NCBI GenBank assembly: GCA_965372715.1
Contig: CBDVDH010000034.1
Coordinates: 1 to 41,539 of the forward strand
Direction of reading: 5' to 3'
Origin: an uncultured bacterium
GTDB taxonomy: Bacteria; B130-G9
DNA: 41,539 bases
Part shown: in pieces, positions 36,601 to 41,539 of the stretch
Layout of the letters: each line of letters begins with the position of its first letter
How positions within the stretch are numbered: the stretch's first letter is position 1
Notes under the pieces: model-generated
What the model saw: the letters and a program-made list of their open reading frames with translations, nothing else
The model's database searches: none
Told to the model about the DNA's origin: nothing
Position numbers and translations under genes: made by a program

Positions 36601-36942
36601 CAGCTGACCGTAATCCTCTTGATCGTTCTGCGACATCCGCGTGAACATGTCGTAGAGGTCTATCCTTAGCCACTCGGGCACGATGTCAAGCGACTCCTCC
36701 GCCGAAGGCGAGAGGACCGTCCTGAGCGTCAGGTCCCGTATGTAGTCGCCGTCTCGCTCAAGCGCAACCGGCAGGCCCGATTCGCCTGGACCAGATCGAA
36801 GCGCTCGGTCAGCTTCTTCAGGAATTAGGGTTGATTCCGGAAGCGGCCCGACGAGCGACGCGTACGGCTGTAGGGTCAGAGGTTCAGCCTGCAAACCAAC
36901 TGACAACACCAGAACTGCCAAAGTGAGCAAAACTCTATACAT
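33622..36942 (-). CDS. Large secreted transglutaminase-like protein, paralog B
   Basis: Collinear with paralog A; start at ATG 36942 (MYRVLLTLAVLVLSVGLQA signal peptide, GGAGAGG RBS) rather than 37203; GNCGE..WDHVSCEFW. Confidence 0.8.
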   Translation of the reverse strand: MYRVLLTLAVLVLSVGLQAEPLTLQPYASLVGPLPESTLIPEEADRALRSGPGESGLPVALERDGDYIRDLTLRTVLSPSAEESLDIVPEWLRIDLYDMFTRMSQNDQEDYGQLLLSISDPRLIDEVAFTIAHSSMSILSSCDPDLLVVNAELLYRVDPDISYADIVDYGEPGVDPDYYSTILYTSIVSGATVRYELPLDIYYWFVVHPKLGDESPSMSPTLTERTSAYGYLWREYLFYNPSEEFDYSLNYMVREPNWLTASDLEGWGLAAPGYLDSGSIEGVIVGGPGIEKPVLIEWAWSYGRVIFTTLEVERAAAAGKGNVLENLLMRSSGYRGELLVPQGTGQDQVGIVDGSNDPAILDPIVEVLEDNRIVHSIVSMEEMYDRGQWDYFSKVVVPSHQTYDFYASLATVGFMDNFKSWVGSIGGAMEVHGACDPEHDWSDLKPFGRGYLAEPVENVTINPYPVLGEVIKKATHVWDDSYVRAGLPRYRPFEEDSMAVDVITNWASRMLSFQARGNRPIQPNQICFEHDGNCGEIQDLINAAARTCLVPSAGVNNHTWDHVSCEFWDRDWHGYQVGWNVGNASIANQGVLSDKDLGGGKDLSAILQDRGDTWPVNATERYSEICRFHVRAEDGNGNPVDCAEIWPYVHYFNDPTRDLRCPLIAYTDSSGEIIMDLGNKRDFWFRVKSRAGDVHRPQEPLLTDTVAGQDYEHTFVVDGFMPQLPDIEAIEFPPVPQSPYGLFVSYNVDYETQYSLSMGSFGNKNYDAGNVDFFILKSDDFNKYSDGEAFSAYEWRHNSAGDEFEVGLPDEEVYYLVFSNEDTLIVKEFVSIYLQVYQNDGGAWTPAESYSNFVGIPAGDSYVIMFNNRLAPSVYAAGFFDAEVDSSGSFELGVQAFVLDPSGPHDVREVELCYGGVPLGRYLKDDAIAGDGIFTFSERHMPGTLYPGVYKLEIVATDMAGNKSISWPYLNVLSIPLRLTSPTCSMNTNIWQPAATADNAPVILGGGFFGRDAIPPGGIFRIIVYADDPDGLSDIDRVELFLEGGVATGLFLHDDGADGDDHAGDGIYTFQTFMPPGIPTGPLTLEVVAFDKSGNVSARYPYFTVR

Positions 36943-37125
36943 CTTTCCTCTCCATTCTTCAGGATTAAGGCGTGACCGGGCAATCACACCCGGTCTACGC
37001 TGAGCAAAACCATGAAAAAAGCCCTTGCATCTCCAGGAGCAGCATAGCCCGGCGCCTCGAGAATTCAACGGGTGTCGAGTCGCCCAATAATCACATCGAA
37101 GGGCGTCCGGCTCGATGAGGGTCCA

Positions 37126-37299
37126 TTTGGAGTGCGGCGGCTTGACGCCGCTTTCATTGGTGGTGGCTCGACACCAGCCCTGATGGACGGCTCTTAAGAC
37201 CATAAAGGCTCCGATCCGGACTTTCCGGAGCTCTTGTCAAAGGAGGCGCCGCGTCAGGCCGCGGCCATCCAAAGCGGCGTCAAGCCGCCGCACTCCAAA
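37126..37299. repeat. REP doublet (REPIN-like) with perfect 29-bp inverted repeats
   Basis: TTTGGAGTGCGGCGGCTTGACGCCGCTTT (37126-37154) and its exact reverse complement (37271-37299). Confidence 0.85.
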
Positions 37300-37524
37300 A
37301 TCACCCAACGGCTGCGACTCATAAAAGCCGCCGCGGTCGGAAGAATCGCCGATTACAGAGGCAAGACCAGTGGTCTCTGTGAGGTCAATGACCATCAAGG
37401 TGATTACTGGGGAGCTGGAAATGTCTCCGCGCCGAGCGGCGGCTAAGGCACCTCGATTCAACCGCGGGCAAGAAGGGCTACGGAACCGGAGGTTCTTCGC
37501 CTATAGCAGCGGAAGTTCTCGGGC

Positions 37525-38346
37525 TCATGTCGAGGCAATCACGGCGCCTTGTGAGCCGATGAGGCGCCGGTCGCGGCGATAGGAGTAGAACAGCTCGGAC
37601 AGGCAAGACGTGCAAAGTCCGACGTCGATGATGTTCTTTTCTTCAAGCCCCACGGCCACAAGCTCGCTTTTGACAAATGCCGCTAAGTCAACGAAGAACC
37701 GTTCCTCACGTGTGATGACGGTCTGCCGCTCCTTGCCTCCTGAGGCCAGGTTGAATCTTTTTGCGACGTCTGGGCCCACCTCGAAGCAACACTGCCGAAT
37801 CGCAGGACCCAGAACTGCAATCAGATCACATGGATTTGAGCCACAACGCCCGACCATTAGCCTGACCGTATTCTGAGCAATCCCTGCAAGCGCTCCCCGC
37901 CAGCCGGCGTGGAATGCGCCTACTCGTCCCCCGGGGTCGAACAGCAGAACCGGCAGGCAATCGGCTGTGAGGATCAGAAGCACCGCGCCGGGCACGTCCG
38001 TGACCATGCCGTCCGCGCCGGGTATCGTGTCCTCCGGCCCGGATGCGCCTCGACCGACATCACGTTCCTCGACAACAACGGCGCGTCCAGAATGGACCTG
38101 CTGGGTAACCGTCAATCTGGAAAGATCAGCCCCCAAGACCTCACACGCAAGCTCTCTGGCTCGCATAATAACGTCAGGGTCGGCGCCGCCCTTGAATCCC
38201 AGGTCCCATTCGGCGTGTGCGCCGACATGTGTGCAGAGGCGCGTCGTGAAAAGGTGAGGAACACCGAGACCGTGAAGGCGAATTGAACGGAAATACACAA
38301 GCCCGTTCTGCTCAACTCGCTCTATCCCGTGTGGTGGTTCGGTCAT
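37525..38346 (-). CDS. pgeF: Peptidoglycan editing factor PgeF (YfiH/laccase-domain family)
   Basis: HLFTTR, QVHS, ADG, TADCLPVL, HAGWRG, GPAI..CCFEVG, CTSC, SYRR. Confidence 0.93.
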   Translation of the reverse strand: MTEPPHGIERVEQNGLVYFRSIRLHGLGVPHLFTTRLCTHVGAHAEWDLGFKGGADPDVIMRARELACEVLGADLSRLTVTQQVHSGRAVVVEERDVGRGASGPEDTIPGADGMVTDVPGAVLLILTADCLPVLLFDPGGRVGAFHAGWRGALAGIAQNTVRLMVGRCGSNPCDLIAVLGPAIRQCCFEVGPDVAKRFNLASGGKERQTVITREERFFVDLAAFVKSELVAVGLEEKNIIDVGLCTSCLSELFYSYRRDRRLIGSQGAVIAST

Positions 38347-38401
38347 GTCTGATTCTCTACGTCAGTCTGATATCTGTCCACGAACTTAAGGCGGCTCGTG
38401 G

Positions 38402-38576
38402 AGGCTGGGTCAGAATTCAACGCATCTGTTTGTGTAGGGGCGGACCCCCGTGTCCGCCCTCTGTCATTCAATTGGATAGGGCAGGCACGGGGACCTGCCC
38501 CTACAAACCTCATTTGCGTTATCATTGTTGCGCAAACACGTAATAAGACCTCCACACCTCAATCATAATCCAGCCT
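38402..38576. mobile_element. Degenerate MITE-like element containing a GTAG-type REP doublet
   Basis: Left AGGCTGGGTCAGAATT, right AATCATAATCCAGCCT; internal TGTAGGGGCGGACCCCCGTGTCCGCCC (38433-38459) and GGGCAGGCACGGGGACCTGCCCCTACA (38479-38505). Confidence 0.55.
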
Positions 38577-38577
38577 G

Positions 38578-41127
38578 TCAGTCATTCCCGCGCCTCACGA
38601 ACCGGAGCAGAAGGGCGGGTAGGAACGTTATTGAGGCGAGCAGAGCGAATCCCACGCCCAGTATGGTGAAGACACCGACCTGAACGAGCCCCTCAAACCC
38701 GGCGAAGACCAGCGTGCCAAAGGCGAGGACCGTCGTTAGGGACGTCAGCACAAGTGCCTTGCCAGTGCCGACGATTGCGTCCTTTGCTGTCGAATTGGCC
38801 TCGAGGAATCGATGCACGAGGTGAATGCCGTCGTCGATGCCGATTCCGAGTATCATCGGAATGACGAATAGGTTGACCGGGTTGAGGTCGATGCCGAGCA
38901 TCGAGGCCGCGGCCAGCATCATCACGGCGCCCGAACAAAGAGGCGCCATCGCCACGAGGGCGACCGAGAACCTCCTGAACTGGGCGAGCAGAACGCAGAA
39001 TACAAGGCCAGCGGCGACGATCGCTATCAGCCAGATATCCTTCGTTACCAGGTCTTTCAGAATGGCGGTTAGGTAGGTTGTGCTCACAATCGAGACCTCG
39101 CTGCCCAGGCGCCCTCGCAACGTCCGCTCGAAGGCGACTGCGTCGCTTCTGGTGCTCAGAAGCTTCGCGGGAGACACGTAGCACGCCGTGTAGAGGCCAG
39201 CATCGTCGGCCTGTAGGAAGCGTCCCAGAAGCCTTCGAAGCGACGTATCGGCTGTGGCCGCGTGAAGGTCCATGGGGTCCCTCACACGCAGCGATGACGC
39301 CAGCCGACGGATATACTCCTCATATCGGGCAGTCATCCTCAGGCCGCTCTCGGCCGTAGCCGCCTCGAACCCGGAAATGATCTCTTGAGGCGAGACGTGC
39401 TCTGCAAGCTGCGCCAGCCGTTCGATGTTCTCCCTTTGCGTTGAGATTGGGGGCACGAAATCGAGCAGCGACGACGCGGAAGACAGCGTGCCGCATGCGA
39501 TCATCTCTTCTGAGACACCACGGACATGCTCAGAGAACTTCAGAGCGGACTGGGCGTCGGGGACCCTCTTGAAGACCACCCAATCCTTGAAGCTGCCGCC
39601 AACTGCCTCGCTTATCGTCCTCTGAAGCTGAACGGCCTTGGAGGTCTTCGCTCTGAGCCTGCTGACATCCTCGGAGAACTGAATCTTGGACACCTGAACC
39701 GCCGCAAGTAGCGTCAGGATGACCCAAGCGGCGATGACGGCGCCTGAGTGATTCGATACGAGGCGTGCGACCCTTGACAGGCCGAAAGCCGCAGTGCGCG
39801 GGGTCTTGAAATCACGTCGAGCGAAACGCTCACCCTGCTTTAGAAGGGCGCCCATGAACATGAGGGTCGTGAAGAGGCAGATAACGATGCCAGCGGCGGC
39901 CAGAAGACCAAGCTCTTTGACTCCCCTAAACCGGCAGAGTGCGCAGCTCAGAAACGCGAGAGATGTTGTCGCCGCGCACGCCAGAGTGCCCACACCGGTG
40001 CGCGTGTACGAGATGCGCAGCGCGTCCTGGCCCATCTTGCCCGAGGCACGCTCGTCAACATACCTGCTGTACAGGTGCACGGCGAAATCTATCCCGAGGC
40101 CTACGTTGCAGGCTACCAGAACGATCGTCAGTAGATTCACGTGGCCGAGCGTCAAGTAACATAACGCGAGCGTGAACGTGAGCGCAGAAAGGAGAGGAAC
40201 CCCGACGTAAACTAGGCTGCCGAGCCGGCCGAACGCCACCACAAAGAGCAAGATCACAAGCACGAAAGAGACGATGAGCGTCGCAAACATATCGTGCCTT
40301 ATGACGGCGCTTTCCTCGAGCAGTATGGCGTGGGGACCGGTAAACGAAATCGACAGTCGCTTCGCGGCCTCGCCCCTCGTCCATTGGTGAAAGTCATCCA
40401 GCCGACTCAGGCTCGCATCTGCGGCGCGTCGCACGAAGCCAAGCAGCGCGCGGTCAAACTCGAGGTTCTGAGAGTTGTCTATTGGTTTTACCAGCACAAA
40501 GGCCATCTTGTGGTCGGTTGAGAAGTAGTAGCCATCGACAAGGTCGAGCTTCAGGCCCTGCTTGAGCTTCGGGCTGTATTTGAACATGAATCGCCGCAGG
40601 TTGAGCGGGTCGTGCTCGATGAACTCCTTTTGAACGAGGCCCACCTGCGAGACGAGCGTCGCCCGAGCCTGCCTCAACGCCCGCTTCATGCCCCCCTCAG
40701 AAAGCGCCTCGACAACACCGCTGAAATCCTGCTCGTCGAGGAATAGGAAAATGTGCTTTAGAAAGAACTCCGTGAAGAAAACGAGCGCAATCCGGTTGGC
40801 GTTGAAATCGACGCTCTCGACTAGCTTGCTTTCCGCTATCGACTCGCTGAAGTGCTTCACGAACTCCTGCATGAGGCGGTCATCCTGCTTCCCGGTTGGG
40901 CTCACAACGCCGATGAGCGTCTCTGAGCCGGCAAACCGCGACATCGCCTCGAAGTACTCCTCGACGCGGGGGTCCGATTCCGGGAGCAACTGCCGAATAT
41001 CGGCTGAGAACTCAAGCCTAAGCGCAAGAAACAGCGCGACCGCAACCAGGCCCAACGCCACAAGAATAACCGTTAAGGAACGAGTGAAGCAGAGACCTGC
41101 TATTCGCCCCAGGAACCTCTCAAGCAT
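38578..41127 (-). CDS. MMPL/RND-family exporter (HpnN-like predicted lipid exporter)
   Basis: Two repeats of TM plus large extracytoplasmic loop plus TM bundle; GLGIDFAVH and GIGIDDGIH motifs. Confidence 0.9.
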   Translation of the reverse strand: MLERFLGRIAGLCFTRSLTVILVALGLVAVALFLALRLEFSADIRQLLPESDPRVEEYFEAMSRFAGSETLIGVVSPTGKQDDRLMQEFVKHFSESIAESKLVESVDFNANRIALVFFTEFFLKHIFLFLDEQDFSGVVEALSEGGMKRALRQARATLVSQVGLVQKEFIEHDPLNLRRFMFKYSPKLKQGLKLDLVDGYYFSTDHKMAFVLVKPIDNSQNLEFDRALLGFVRRAADASLSRLDDFHQWTRGEAAKRLSISFTGPHAILLEESAVIRHDMFATLIVSFVLVILLFVVAFGRLGSLVYVGVPLLSALTFTLALCYLTLGHVNLLTIVLVACNVGLGIDFAVHLYSRYVDERASGKMGQDALRISYTRTGVGTLACAATTSLAFLSCALCRFRGVKELGLLAAAGIVICLFTTLMFMGALLKQGERFARRDFKTPRTAAFGLSRVARLVSNHSGAVIAAWVILTLLAAVQVSKIQFSEDVSRLRAKTSKAVQLQRTISEAVGGSFKDWVVFKRVPDAQSALKFSEHVRGVSEEMIACGTLSSASSLLDFVPPISTQRENIERLAQLAEHVSPQEIISGFEAATAESGLRMTARYEEYIRRLASSLRVRDPMDLHAATADTSLRRLLGRFLQADDAGLYTACYVSPAKLLSTRSDAVAFERTLRGRLGSEVSIVSTTYLTAILKDLVTKDIWLIAIVAAGLVFCVLLAQFRRFSVALVAMAPLCSGAVMMLAAASMLGIDLNPVNLFVIPMILGIGIDDGIHLVHRFLEANSTAKDAIVGTGKALVLTSLTTVLAFGTLVFAGFEGLVQVGVFTILGVGFALLASITFLPALLLRFVRRGND

Positions 41128-41187
41128 ATCACTGTAAGCGTGTCATAACTGGCATGACCTAGCAAGGAAGCGTGGGGCGGGCTTTCC

Positions 41188-41455
41188 CAGGCTGGGTCAT
41201 AATTCGAATCTGGGGTTGTGTAGGGGCGTGGTCTTAGACCCGCCCTCTCTAATTGATGGTCGCATAAGATGCCTCGTATCCGCAGGGATTCATGTAGGCG
41301 GGCGGGTCTGAGACACCGCCCCTACAGGCCGATTCCGACAATCGCGTCGCATAAGAAAACCGCCGCGTTGATCTTGACAATCGGCAGCATTTCTTGTATC
41401 ATTGTTGTCTGAATGGACAACGAAATCCTCGTCAATCGACTTATGACCCAGCCTT
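41188..41455. mobile_element. MITE-like element inserted in a REP loop with 4-bp target-site duplication (TTCC), carrying an internal REP doublet
   Basis: 14-bp TIR AGGCTGGGTCATAA (41189-41202) / TTATGACCCAGCCT (41441-41454); TTCC at 41184-41187 and 41456-41459; internal REPs at 41219-41245 and 41300-41326. Confidence 0.75.
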
Positions 41456-41539
41456 TTCCAGCCTGCCTGTCTCTGCGTCTCAGTCCAAGGCGAGCTCCCT
41501 TTGGGTGCGAGCCGGCCAGCCGCATTCACGGGTAAAAGG

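Noticed and set aside
36943-37203. 87-aa N-terminal extension of paralog B
   Set aside because: Runs through a REP element; signal peptide and RBS point to ATG 36942
451-41137. Numerous antisense and alternate-frame ORFs overlapping the called genes
   Set aside because: Expected shadow ORFs in GC-rich coding DNA; none shows a family motif
41290-41529. Short ORFs at the window end
   Set aside because: Overlap the MITE and REP sequences; no protein motifs

Overview
GC-rich bacterial chromosomal region, probably from a deep-branching or candidate-phylum diderm (weak inference from protein divergence and secreted-protein architectures). In order: a hairpin-rich 256-bp tandem repeat cut by the window edge; a two-gene bacterial microcompartment satellite (class II aldolase with an encapsulation-peptide-like tail plus a BMC-H shell protein); a riboflavin operon ribD-ribE-ribBA-ribH-nusB-metallophosphoesterase with no FMN riboswitch; tRNA-Ser(TGA); a secreted beta-helix protein; a minus-strand dcw cluster (mraZ-rsmH-ftsL-ftsI-murE-murF-mraY-murD-ftsW-murC-murB-ftsQ-ftsA-ftsZ-DUF2284-like-ldcA) that lacks murG and ddl and whose FtsZ has lost its T7-loop catalytic residues; tRNA-Val(CAC) followed by an AT-richer small-protein/retropepsin-like protease pair; two tandem paralogous ~1100-aa secreted transglutaminase-like proteins; pgeF; and an MMPL/RND exporter. 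Intergenic DNA is rich in REP-like palindromes, short tandem repeats and three MITE-like elements that share AGGCTGGG(A/T)CA(T/G)AA termini, one of them inserted into a REP loop with a 4-bp target duplication. All calls come from reading motifs by eye; no database searches were run.
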